Shown: piece by piece, positions 52,401 to 64,000 of the stretch
Layout: each line of letters opens with the position of its first letter
How positions within the stretch are numbered: position 1 is the stretch's first letter
DNA from: Monocercomonoides exilis PA203
Lineage: Eukaryota; Protista; Preaxostyla
Direction: 5' to 3'
DNA: 64,000 nucleotides
Assembly (NCBI GenBank): GCA_001643675.2
Contig: LSRY02000031.1
Coordinates: 992,001-1,056,000, forward strand
Translations under genes and position numbers: made by a program
The notes under the pieces: model-generated
Told to the model about the DNA's origin: nothing
The model's input: the letters and a program-made list of their open reading frames with translations, nothing else
Database searches by the model: none

Positions 52401-54736
52401 TGGGAGAAGCAGCTGTCGAAGTCAAGTGGCTACACATGATGGAGAGAATGAACGAGTTGAGGAGTACTGAGCGTACGGCTTGTGAGGCGCTCTCCACAAA
52501 TAACAAGTTACCCACTTCTTTCTGTTGTTCAGTGGAAACAATTAGAAATGGTGCAAAACGAGCTATCAAAGTTTCCTTTCTCCTTCAACACACAAAATAT
52601 CCCTCCACCAATTTCACTCTTCAATCCTCCACTCTCTTCATCGTTTTGTTTCACATCACTGTTTTCAAAGGCTCAACATCATTAACATTTCGAATGATGG
52701 GAATATCATTGGTTGTGTTCTGAGTGATTTCTTCGAATAAACTACACTCAATGAAAACAACTTGTTCAGCTTCATTTTTTTCTCTCCCTGAACTCTTTGA
52801 TATCCTCAATCCACTTGTCCCATCCACCTCAACATTCTTCATCGTCAGATTTTTGGCATTCAAGATCGTTATTGACAACATTGAATATTGTCCTCTGATA
52901 ATTCAGCGATCGTTATAATAGTTATATGCGGAAGTTGTCCTAATTGTGAACATTGCAACAAAAAGGCGAGTTTTAAAAAAATACAAAATAAAATAAAGCA
53001 TTCAAGAAAATACTAATAGCAAACAATCGGTTTTGATTATTATTTTGTTCATTTGAAATTGTGTGAGTCACATTTGATTCCACAAAATATAGATATTCAT
53101 TCTGAGCATAAAGAAAATCTGAATAAATTCAAACTATAACAATTATCAGAATACTTGCTTATTCACAAAAAAGAATCGAAACATACCAAAAACATTCCAT
53201 GAATCAGCATATGCAAGATAAACTGAAAAATGTTATCACATATTCATCGAAAATTCTCAATATTTATTTTGAAAAGATAACAGAAATATAATTTTGTGTG
53301 GTAAAATATTTTTTGAAACAAAGAGGTTTGTTACAAAAAGATAAACATCATTACAAAAGTTAAAGTGTCTTTGAAAATAATGGGAACGGAATGAATACAG
53401 TCTGTCCAAAAATAATGTCGATCATACATAATAAATAAATCTTTCTCTGAACCATATTTTCACTGTTTAAATCGTGAATAAAAAAATTTTTGTAATTCTT
53501 TATTGTGAAGAGTTTTTCCTGTTAAGCAAGCATGAATATGAATAAAATGAATTGATGTTTTCTTTTGATCTGCTTATTCATTGAATATATTTATTTTCAA
53601 CTGTTAAATATTTTCTTATAACTTTTATGTTACAAAACTTTTTGTTTTCTGTTTTTGAAGGTAATTATTCTATTCTTTGTGTTATTGAATAACGAAACTT
53701 CACATTATTTCCAATTTTTTATTCATGAGTTCCATATTTCAAAAACATTAAGCATCTATTGTTAAAAACAAGTTTTGTATGTTAAAGAAAGCATTTTTTT
53801 CCTTGTTGTTCATGAGACTCTCTCTTTGATACAGATTTATCAAATATAACCAAAACATACACCTTTATATTCTTTTATTTTCATTCATCAAACACACATA
53901 TCAAATACAATAATTACGAAACATGAATGAAAAATTTTATCTTAACAACTTTAATATTACTGATTTTTCTGATTACTCTATATTTTGCTTCTTAGAAAGA
54001 AACATAATCAATCATTTCAACAAATACACAATATCCATAAAGCATGTTAAACAAGCAAAGAAATGAAAAAAACATCATTGAAAAAGAAAATTCATTGGCA
54101 TAGAAATTCAGTGATCGAAAATCCACTTATTCACATGGAATATTGAAAATTTTATATTTGAATAGCAAAAATCAAAAAAAGTTGTCACCTTGTTGTGCAA
54201 ATCATTTAAAATAATATTTTTTGTGATACATCAACTAAGTAATAAACAAAACGATTGAAAACATGTTGAATTAATAAAACAATTAACAAATCCATTCGTT
54301 TGGACTAAAAAAAAATTGATCTTCAACAAATAATCTAAATAACGCAAATCCAAATTAGATAGGAACAATAACAATTTGCTTTCTTCCAATGCGCTTGTTT
54401 TTTTTCTTTATATTTTCTCATTGCTCTAAAATTTCAAAATGGTCAATCATGTGAAAAAGATAAATATACAGAGCGTACGAAAGCAAAATCATATGCATTC
54501 ACGAATTTAATATTCACTAAATGATTATCTTTAGAGACTTCAACTAGGCATACTTCATTAACACACTGATCCTTCAAAAAGCATTCAAAGAAAAGTGTTT
54601 CATTCAATATTGGGTGAGAAATTTGAATATTATTGATGGGATGATCGACATTTTCATAAATATTCACCCAATATTGAATGGTGTGATTATTGTGTTTCAT
54701 TTTTTGCTGGATTAATGTTTTTGTGACTACGTTAAT

Positions 54737-56233
54737 GGTTAATGCACAATATGCGACCGTGAATAAAATTAACATATGTTGAAGCTATGATGATAACATG
54801 TCGTGCACATATGTTTTTTTCTTTCAACTATTTGCGGAAACTCGAAAAAAAAATATTATATTTTTTGTGATATAATTTTTCTGATCAAAAAATTTAAAAA
54901 AATTTCGATCAATTTTACAAAAATTTTAGCAATTTGTCATTGATATGCTAACAAATATTTCTAAACAAATATGAATTTAGCAATGCAACTGTTTTTTATT
55001 CGGGTTCGTATTCAGAATGCTCCGCTCCATCGCTAACTTCCATCGAATCCTCAGAAATTTCTTCGTTTTGTTCAGCTAAAACTGGCACATCTTCTTCGTC
55101 ATCACCTTCTTCGTGGTCTTCCTTTTCTTCTTCAATATATTCATCCACTTTATATTGGCAAATTTCTCTCACAGTTTCAACAAATGTTGATTGTTTTCTT
55201 TTTTGAAACACAAAAGAAGAAATATAATCATCAATGAATTTCTCCTTCAGCCCTGTGCGAGGCAAATCTTTTCGAAATTGACTCCAAAGTCCCTCAATCA
55301 TGTTGGTACATATTTCGCTTTCTGGGTCTTTGAAATGATATTTATGGCAGACTGTTTTGTGGCCGTAACCGAGACCTCTGAGAGATGAGTACGCTCTCCA
55401 TTCATCACTGTGAATCATAGTTCCTGGTAAGATATTCGCTTGAATGATTGGCAGCAATGTATCTTTTTTCCTATTTGGGACTCTGATAATAAAAAAGCTT
55501 CCTTGTTTCCCATCCTGAGTTCTTTGAACAGCTCCAAAAAGCCAGATCTGCTTCTTCCATCTGCCTTTATGAAATTTTCTTCTGTTCAAAATTGCTTCGT
55601 CAATTTCCACAATTGTATTTTCACCTCCAATTGGCTGAAAAGATGATGCTGCGCTCTGTGCCATTGCTGCTGTTGCAACGGAATAGTAAAAACCAACTGT
55701 GTTTCTGTGCACACCAAGAAGTGAAGAAGTTTGCATGATTGAAAGCTTCATCCATTTAAAAAGGAAAATATGCATTAATTTTTTAATTCCAATTTTTTGA
55801 TTTTCTATTGATAGATTTGACAGCAGGCTTATTGTTTTTTTGCATCTGAAGCATCTCCATTGCCTGGAATTTGGATTTCGTTCATTGAGAACTGTTTCCG
55901 CATGGCAATTTCTGCATTCTTTGTATCTTTGATTCAACACTTCATTTCTGAACCATTCCCATGTGTCATTTGCGTTATGAAATAATTCGTTGAAGAAGCT
56001 GATTTTGAATTTGCGATCCTCAATTTGCATTCAGAAAAAAATTGCAAAATTAATATTTTGATCGAAATTTTTGATCGATCCCATATTTTGAGTAAAATTT
56101 TTATAAATTTCATGGGTCCAATAAAAAAGTTTCCGCACAAAAGAAATACAAGCAAACCATATAAAACAGTTAATAATATTCTTATAATCATCCACACAGA
56201 AAATTGTTAACGGTCGTATATTGTGCACTTACC
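54737..56233 (-). mobile_element. Merlin (IS1595-like) DNA transposon, copy 2, intact
   Basis: Same TIRs as copy 1; 8-bp TSD ACGTTAAT (54729-36, 56234-41). Confidence 0.97.
54996..56030 (-). CDS. Merlin/IS1595-family (ISXO2-like) DDE transposase, 344 aa
   Basis: Zn ribbon CRNC..WRCFRC, HTH, IGGENTIVEIDE, IHSDEWRAY, HKTVCH, TNMIEGLWS and an acidic tail. Confidence 0.95.
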   Translation of the reverse strand: MQIEDRKFKISFFNELFHNANDTWEWFRNEVLNQRYKECRNCHAETVLNERNPNSRQWRCFRCKKTISLLSNLSIENQKIGIKKLMHIFLFKWMKLSIMQTSSLLGVHRNTVGFYYSVATAAMAQSAASSFQPIGGENTIVEIDEAILNRRKFHKGRWKKQIWLFGAVQRTQDGKQGSFFIIRVPNRKKDTLLPIIQANILPGTMIHSDEWRAYSSLRGLGYGHKTVCHKYHFKDPESEICTNMIEGLWSQFRKDLPRTGLKEKFIDDYISSFVFQKRKQSTFVETVREICQYKVDEYIEEEKEDHEEGDDEEDVPVLAEQNEEISEDSMEVSDGAEHSEYEPE

Positions 56234-56378
56234 ACGTTAATTCTGAAAATACCATTGACAAACAAAAAATTAACAGTCTGTTTTTGTGAAATTGTATATT
56301 GTCTTAATCTTTTCAGTGTGTTTCGTCCATTTAATTATTCTTTTTGATTTGAATTATACAAATATTGAATTAAATACT

Positions 56379-56695
56379 GGACAAGATCGTTTTCTCAATA
56401 ACCACTCAAAGAGAAGATCTGATTATATTCCTCAAAAGATATCTTAACAATACAAACTCAATTGACAACCGAGAATTTCATAACTTCCTCGTTTATGCTC
56501 GGAAAAAATAATTTTTAAAACATCGGGGAAATTCAAAATTAAATTTCTCCGAGATTCTAAAAATTATTTTTTAATATTCAGTCTGCACGGAAATGAAAGT
56601 CTGATATACCAAATGAGTTTGTATTGTTTAGATGTCTTTAGAGGAATATTGTCAGATCTTCTCTTTGAGTGGTTATTGAGAAAACGATCTTGTCC
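56379..56695. mobile_element. Foldback MITE (317 bp, ~82-bp TIR)
   Basis: GGACAAGATCGTTTTCTCAATAACCACTCAAAGAGAAGATCTGA... (56379-56460) is inverted at 56614-56695. ACT on both sides may be a 3-bp TSD. Confidence 0.85.
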
Positions 56696-58390
56696 ACTAT
56701 TTTGTGCGATGTCCGGTATTTTATGCAATATCTGTATATGAATTGTTGTCCAATTAAAACAATTGTCTCCGAAGAGCTTTTTTATTAAGCGGGGTACGGC
56801 AATAGAATGAAACATCAGCAAACTCCAAAAGGAAAGACAGTTGTCTCGAAATATTTCATAAAAGTGCATGAGTTAATATATTTCTAATAGTCAATACTTT
56901 CACATGTTTTCGAAATACATAAATGAACCAATTAATATTCACTCTTTATTTGTTGCATTTTTGTTTTTAATTCTGTGAAAGCCTGTTTTTGTATCAATAA
57001 TTCGTCAAACGCAATTTCCTTGCTTTCTCTTATTTGTTGAAAAACTTTTTGTTAAAAGTTCTGAAGAAAATATGATTAATAATAATAATCAACATTTACA
57101 ACTTCATTGTAAGGTTTATTTTTTTATTTGACTCATTCGTTTTGCAACAAAAGGACCTGTTTTTCATCAATATGAAAATGTTTTTTTAACTCTTGTGAAA
57201 AAGAATAACGCAAATGCATTAAAAAATTATTCTGAAAATTAGACTTGTAAAAAAATGTGTTTTTTCCTATCAAATATGTTCAAGGAATAAGTCTTATTGA
57301 AGTTATAAAAACAAATAAAAAATAACAATTTCCAATATCCTGACTTAATGATATGTTAATAAACGATAAAAAGATTTAAAATTTGTTGAACAGACTGAAA
57401 ATTAAAGCCATAAATAAACATTTTCACTTCGTTCGAATTTGAATTACGCACACAAAATTAACATAATTCCATAAAAAATAATCATAAAGCTAATTGAATA
57501 TTTAAAAATAAAGTGTGAAAACTTTCTAATAACATGTTTGATGAATGAGATTTGTTATTTCAAAATATGAGACGAAATAACAATTTGAACATAAAACAAA
57601 TAGTAGATATGAAAACAATATTCAACATTCATTACGATTCGTTTAAACAAAAACCAGACAAATCATTTTTAAATCAGATAAAAAAACATGTTTCACAATC
57701 GTCATCAAAAATGGTACAAATGGTTCATCAACATTTATTTTTAAGAGTGGGATGATCAACATAATTTTCGGATAGATCAACATTTATTGCGGACAGACAG
57801 TAATATTTAAGTGCGATGGGATAAATTTTTGATCTGCAGAGACTTTTCAAAAATTGTGACACATAAGGAATAAAGTCAGATCTTCCTTATAAAGAAATAA
57901 AAATGAAGCTATCAAGATTTTCACCAAAGTGGAATATATAACTTGAAAGAGAAACAACAATCCAAAATAAGTTATTCGGTTCAAAGACTTTATTCTTCTC
58001 TATGTTTGTTTGTTTGGAGTAAATGTTTCTCAACAAAAGACAATTTGAAAAAAAAGAACAATTCCGTTATTTGAATCTATTTGGGCAAATTTGACAATAT
58101 ATTGAACACGACAAGATGACGATTTTTGTGGTTATCTCATTCGTAATGAAGATTTATAAACTTTTTTGCACAAAAAATAGCGAGGAAAATATTAGAATAT
58201 AAATTTCTGTTTTTTAAATATAATGTGATTGAAGATGATGTATATAGGGTGGTTTTTTTATCCGGACATTTTTTTTTATCCGGACAAAAATTTTAATAAT
58301 TTGTTTAATCAACCAACTTTTCATATTTTATTACTTGTTTTTGGTATATAAGGAAAAGTCAGAAGTTAGAAATTAAAATTAAATTACTAT

Positions 58391-58468
58391 ACCTAATCTC
58401 TGATGGGGGGGAGATGGGGGGGTTAGCTCCTCCATCTCTGATTTGTGCCTCCCCTGAGGAGATTAGGT
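58391..58468 (+). promoter_or_regulatory. GC-rich stem-loop and G-quadruplex-compatible element in the transposase leader
   Basis: Outer stem ACCTAATCTC/GAGATTAGGT; inner 12-bp stem 58411-22/58427-38 with two G-U pairs; G7-AGAT-G7; TATATAA at 58345. Confidence 0.5.
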
Positions 58469-58589
58469 AATAGCAAGGGGTATTACTAAGTTAGAATTTA
58501 ATCGAAAAAAATTTTTTGGTTTTTTTTTCATTTCAAAAAAATTTTTTTTAAAAAATAAAAAGAATGATCATAACCAATATTTTATTTGT

Positions 58590-60187
58590 ATGAGCGTAGT
58601 GAAACAAAGAAAAGAAAGTGGATTGGCGAAATTGAGAGATTTGATGAAATCTTTCCAGTATCGTCAAATCAAAAATCGATTAGTGCGTATTGCGACGATA
58701 ATTGCTGATGGAAAATGCCGTGTTACCGACGCTGTTAATCTTAAGGAATTCTCTCGTTCATCGATCAACCGAGCCGTTACTGCTGTTGAAAATGGAAGAA
58801 TCGTAGGAAAAGTTGGTCGACCAGAGCTGTTCACTACAGAAGATAAAGAAGTGATTACAGGAGTCATCAGAATAGAAAGCATGACAGGAGTGAGTTATTC
58901 TTTAACTCAAACTAAACGATTGGTTTGCATTAATATTTTTTTCTTATCTATATTTATTATTTATTATAATTAAAGATGGAATCAGTGCTAACTGATAGAA
59001 AAATTCGAAGTGGAGAAGAAGAAGAAGAAGAAGTTAAAATTTCAAAATCAACTCCGTATTCATTCGTTAAACGAAATCCAGACCTAAAGACATCCATTCC
59101 TCATAACGTTGATATTCAACGATTATCAGTATCAAACAAACAGTCTCTTCAACCTTTCTTCTCTCTTCTGCAATCACTTCATGATTCTCACAAATACTCT
59201 CCTTCTCTCATCTTCAATACCGACGAATCCTCTTTACGCCTTTCCGACACCACAAAACAACTAGCCGTTCATCCTTCAGATGTTCCAGTCGGGTTTTCCA
59301 AAACACCAATCAACATGCCAAACTCAACTCTTGTGGTTGCAGTTGCAGCTGATGGTTATTCTCTACCAAGCCTTGTTCTTTGGCCATCTAAAAAACTTCC
59401 ACAAGAAATGAAGGTCTTGCTCAGCCCGCAGCTTCACGCCTGGGCAGACAATGATGGATGGATGACTGATGCACTGTTTGCTCGCTATGCTGAAGAGATA
59501 CTACTGCCTGGAATTGCCCAAAGAAGAAAATTGCTGGATATGAATGAAGAAAGATGCTTGCTTCTCTTGGATTCTCATCCTTCAAGAGCACAGCCAGATC
59601 TGTGGCAAAAATTTGCAGATTCATCAATTGACGTGGTAACATTTATTCCACACAGCACTCATCTTACACAGCCACTTGACTGCGGAGTTTTTGCTGTGTT
59701 CAAAAGATGTTTCAATTCAAACTATGTTGTTCCATCTTCTTCTTCGATCGCACTCAGACGAAAAGCAGTTGCAAATGCCTTGCCACAGGCTTTGCAAACT
59801 GCATTGCTTCCTTCAACAATTCACTCTGCATTTGAAAAGAGCGGAGTGTTGACTGGGCAGTCCAATACTGTATTGGTGAAGTTGCCTGACACTCCTTCAG
59901 TTCAGCTGAAAAAAAAAACCCATCGTTTCAATTTCCATGGAAAAAATATTACCGACCAAGCATTTTTAGATGAATGGAAAGAATACAAAAAGATGAAAGA
60001 TGAAAAGAATATTGATGATTCTGCTGAAGAAAAAATTGAAAAAGATTTGTTTTCTGAAGACAAGCCGAAAAAAAGAAAAATATCAAAATCCCAAATTTTA
60101 AAAGATGATGATTTTGAAGATGATAATGAACGAAGAAATACCAGAAAAATTATTAAAAGAGAATTGATGGATTATATTTACTATTGA
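58590..60187 (+). CDS. pogo-family DDE_1 transposase (DD35D), 2 exons (58590-58922, 58976-60187), 514 aa
   Basis: A 53-nt phase-0 intron GTTTGC...TAAAG (58923-58975) joins the HTH exon to the catalytic exon. Motifs IFNTDES, LLLLDSHPSR and HLTQPLDCGVF, with 35 residues between the last two Asp. Confidence 0.92.
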
Positions 60188-60329
60188 TTGTTGCGTTTTT
60201 TCGAAAATTTCAACATGCGATTTATAAAAAAATATTTTTTTTTCTATCAAAAAATAAAAATTATGTCCGGATAAAAAAATCACCCTATATATAATTTTTT
60301 TTCTAAATAAAAATAAAGTTATAAAATAA

Positions 60330-61450
60330 AAATATTTATTTATCTTTTATCCATTCAGAAGCATTTGCTCCATCAGAAACTTCGATGTCACTCTTTACAT
60401 CATCAGATTTTTTATCAAACAAACCTGGAATTGCAAAATCATCCATATCTATAACGGATTCTCTTTGTTTTCTATTTCCTCTATTTCTTCCATTTCTTCT
60501 TTTTTTTCCAATAAACTATCATCCCAATCTCTTCTCCGAACTTATTTTTTGGAGTGTGTTTTGCAATCAAAAAGGCTGAATAATATCCCATATGTCTTTT
60601 CCTTGCTCCATGTTTGTGAGAAAACACTTTCAAATGAGACAACATTCATTCAATGGTTGATGTGAAAGTTACAGAAAGAGGATCCGCATAATGCATTTTT
60701 TGGCGCACTATCCAATAAATGCAGTCAATTATCCTCAAAGAAGAATATGCCTTCCACTCGTCGCTCATTATAGTTGTTCCCTGAAGAATGTGAAATTTGA
60801 TAATAGGAATGAGAGTGATAGTGGAACGATCTGGAACAATAAAAATGCACAGCTTAATAATTACTGAAAAGTCATCCATTCTATTTATCCAAATAATAAT
60901 TTATGCTTTTTTCTACTCCAACTTTTATATTTTCTCCTTCTCTGCAAACATTCATCTAACTCCACTATCTTTCCTTCACCACCCAATACAATTGGATCAG
61001 TGCTTACCAGATCAGAACAGGCATATCTTTATAAACTTCTCCAATAACCCACAACCGCATAATGCACTTATATCATCATTTGAGTATGCTTTGCTGAAAA
61101 TCCGATCAACAACAGTGATGTGAAAAATCAAAACTTTCCCACTTCAATTTTGGAATTTGACAATGTTGAATTTTTGAACACTGAATTTTTTGTTCCACAG
61201 TTTCCGTAGGATCAATGGTGATAATTCTCTCTCTCTTTTTCCAGTTTCAACTCTTTTGGATGAATTCTTCACTCACGATGTTTTTCTCTTAGAATTCTGT
61301 TGTTAGACCATTTCCAAGCTCCAACTTTGTTAATAAATGCGGTTTTCTTGAAAAAAACCGAATATTTATTTCCTCTTAGAGGCTGTAATTACAGAATAAT
61401 GTTTTTTTATCACACACTTTTTTCAAATGATTCACACATTTTTTGATTTT
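60330..61450 (-). mobile_element. Decayed Merlin/IS1595-family transposase
   Basis: IVPDRSTITLIPIIKFHILQGTTIMSDEWKAYSSLR..HYADP..TSTIE, with upstream IGW*RKDSG (a frameshifted IGG..IVE motif). Confidence 0.85.
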
Positions 61451-62180
61451 TTTCTCCGATGAATTAAACAGGTTTCCGCGCTTTGTAATATGAAAGTGAT
61501 ATCATTAACAGAGATAATAAACCATGTGGAATAAAAAAAAATTTTTTTAGAAATGTCCGATATATTGACATAAAAATTCTGTTTGTTATTTATTAGAAAA
61601 TTTGTTGTTCAACAAAGTGAGATTTTATTTTTTTTTTCTAACTCGTTTGAACTTAATTACATCGCTGTTGAAATAAAACTTTTAAACCTTTTCTGAATTG
61701 AAAATTATTTTTATGATTCGTCAAATCCATTTCTTTAAAAATAAACGAATAAAAATATATCTATCTTTACCAAATTTGGATCAACTTTTTTTTGTCGTTT
61801 TATGGAATTAGAAAATTTTACTAGGTGATCTGAAATTATTATAATTATTGCATAATTTTTTTAAAAAGATATAACAGTGTTTCCAAATTTGAAAGAAATA
61901 ACCATTATGTTTCTTTTAATTCGTTAACACATTCATTAATTTTGAAAAGCAAATCCCAAGAACCAATGTCAATTAAATGCTTTTTTCATGTTTTCCATGA
62001 TGTTGACCATCTTCAAACAATTTTTAAGAATGCAAACCTTATGCAAAAATAGAAATTGAAGTATTTCTCAACGATTGAATGTTTATTTTTATGTTTTGAG
62101 AAATACTGATGATTGCTGTAATGAATCTGTGAAATTCATCGATTTCCGATTTATAAGATATTTTTGAATATTTCTAATTT

Positions 62181-62212
<32 letters not shown>

Positions 62213-62219
62213 TTGATAT

Positions 62220-62468
62220 GTGTGTTTTTTTTTTTGAAATCGTATTTATTTTTAATTAAGTTTCTGTTTTGAATTTTCTATTGAATATAAACAAATGAAC
62301 AATGAAAAGGCTGATAAAAAACATTTTCATTTTTAATTATGTGAATTCATATGTTTTTAAACAGTTGTGGTGATTGAAGCATTTGACAACAAAATCTCTT
62401 CCGAATGATAAACTCTTTTTGAAAAAACAACGTTCCGAAAAAAGTTATGATTTCAAAAATAATCACCC
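62220..62468. mobile_element. MITE family A, left end degenerate
   Basis: Right TIR TATGATTTCAAAAATAATCACCC and family interior. Confidence 0.75.
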
Positions 62469-62884
62469 AATATCATTAAAAAAGATCAAAAATCAAAAAG
62501 AAATTAAATTATGGGTTGTTGTAATCTTTTTTCAAAAAAAATAATCATGTTGTTTTTCGAAAATATTCCAAAATATCAAACAATATAGCCTTTTCGTAAT
62601 ATTTGGAAGAAAAAAATATTTCTGGAAACAATTAAAATACTTTTATAATTATAAATCAAAAAAAGAAATTTATTTTTAACATTTTTCACATAGTCGAATT
62701 AATTTTAAATTTTGAATAATCTTTTTTTTTTTGAATTGAGTCATAAAAAAAATTCAAACAATTAGAAATTTTAATTATAAAGAAAAAAACAAAGGAGAAA
62801 TATTTTGAATTGAAAAGATAGAATTATTTTTCAAATGAGAAAATATTCGAGAATTATAATCAAAAACAAAAATGATGAGCATTA

Positions 62885-64000
62885 TTATTTTTCAACTTTT
62901 TTGAAAAAACAAATTGAAGGATGCCAATTTTCCGAAGCGAGATGATTACAATAATCATTCCGTTTTTCAGGAATTATTTCTGAAACATCATGATCATTGC
63001 ACTCAATAAACTTTGAAATGGAACTAGGTTTAGAAACATCTTCTTTCACAACGGCCAAAAAATTCCCTTGCTCATTAAGAACACTTGAATGAATAACACA
63101 TCCAACAAATTCATAAACAACAACATCATCAACAGAACTTGAAGTTAAAAAATAATTTTCAGAGGAAACCTTTGGATCAAATATGGGTGATTATTTATGA
63201 AATCATTTTATTCCATTCAAAAATTTCGGTGAAAAAATATAACTTGAATATCAATGGAAAAAAAATTGAAAAGTTAAAAGGCTTATTGAATGCATTTTAA
63301 TCTTTGATTCGGAAAAACCATTTGTTATTAAAAAACAATTATCATGATTTTTCTCTGTTGAATAAAAATTTTCTTTCAAAAAAACTTACAATCTTTGAAA
63401 AATCAACAAACTGAAAAAAGATGTGATTTCAAAAATAATCTCCCATATTCTTAAATCCTCAGGTCCAAACCCTGAATCAACAAAATGAATAGAAAGAGGA
63501 GGAACAATTACAGTGAAAAAATCGCCAACGTAGAGTAAAACACTTTCCACTCTTGGAAAATACAAAAAACGAACATATTTCAAAAATTGTCTATCTTTGT
63601 GACATGATACACACTCTCCTTCTCTCTTTTCAAGCAAAAAAAGAATTACAAGTTAATAAAACTTGAAGACCAGAAACAACATCTGATCCTCTAATTGAAA
63701 CAAAAAACTGATCATCCCTTTTTGAAATTATGTAATCATTTCAATGAACACACATTAAAATATTTTTTGACATGATAGAAAACATATTATTTATTTCATT
63801 AAAATTTTTAGAAAGAACTTTGAGAAGTCTTTCAAAAACAACAGACAATTCTTTTGGCTGATTCTTCCCTCCAAGATAAGTATCGTAAAATTTATTTATT
63901 TGTCCTCCTTCCCACACGTCGAAATAATGCGAAGAGATTCGAAGAATATAAAACAAACACTTATAAGTTTCTAACATGTTGTTCATTGAAGAAATGTCTA
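62885..64000 (-). pseudogene. USP (peptidase C19)-like pseudogene interrupted by a MITE
   Basis: SVCFI (Cys-box-like, ~63950), CVSC, and after MITE removal the in-frame YEFVGCVIHSSVLNEQGNFLAVVK..FIECNDHDV..SICFFKK*. Confidence 0.7.
63185..63444. mobile_element. MITE family A
   Basis: GGGTGATTATTTATGAAATCA...TGATTTCAAAAATAATCTCCC with TSD ATAT. Removing it restores the host reading frame. Confidence 0.92.

Larger units (their letters stand above)
46200..52900 (-). pseudogene. Large disrupted host gene with a possible N-terminal C2-like domain, interrupted by a Merlin element
   Basis: Long GC-richer minus-strand coding-like tract. LSITILNAKNL..VFIECSL (52651-52881) is C2-like. The frame reads through the Merlin empty site (..SLNELTILPFL..). 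Many stops. Confidence 0.5.
58245..60287 (+). mobile_element. Intact pogo/Fot-like (Tc1/mariner superfamily) DNA transposon
   Basis: TIRs TAGGGTGGTTTTTTTATCCGGACAT and ATGTCCGGATAAAAAAATCACCCTA, with a TA TSD. The exact boundary is ambiguous within the TATATA runs. Confidence 0.95.

Noticed and set aside
54443-54775. 110-aa ORF as an intact gene
   Set aside because: Its start lies inside the Merlin TIR. The empty-site frame extends only ~20 codons before a stop, so it is at best a decayed fragment.
58454-58510. Hammerhead ribozyme core (CTGAGGA, stem, GAAA)
   Set aside because: Stem II can be drawn, but no compatible stem I/III with a UH cleavage site could be built.
61960-62060. QHHGK as a Sola catalytic motif downstream of the last USP relic
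   Set aside because: The surrounding FFxE, CDSEFG and CDxGPHF motifs are absent.

Overview
This is AT-rich eukaryotic DNA. I infer an oxymonad of the Monocercomonoides type from the Cys/Gly/Ser-rich surface-protein family, a short GTTTG...AG intron and the standard genetic code. The window is mostly a transposon and pseudogene graveyard, with no clearly intact host gene. Young elements: two near-identical 1.5-kb Merlin (IS1595-like) transposons with 8-bp TSDs, and one intact intron-containing pogo/Fot-like DD35D transposon with a structured GC-rich leader. Old relics: three or four more Merlin, two pogo, a DIRS-like retroelement and four Sola-type DDD transposases. About 16 MITEs with G-rich ends and mostly 4-bp AWWT-type TSDs are their likely non-autonomous partners. 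The most notable observation is that at least one Sola-type transposase, and probably two, carries a ubiquitin-specific protease (USP, peptidase C19) domain between the N-terminal and catalytic domains. Two further USP relics lie elsewhere in the window. All assignments come from manual motif reading; no database search was run.
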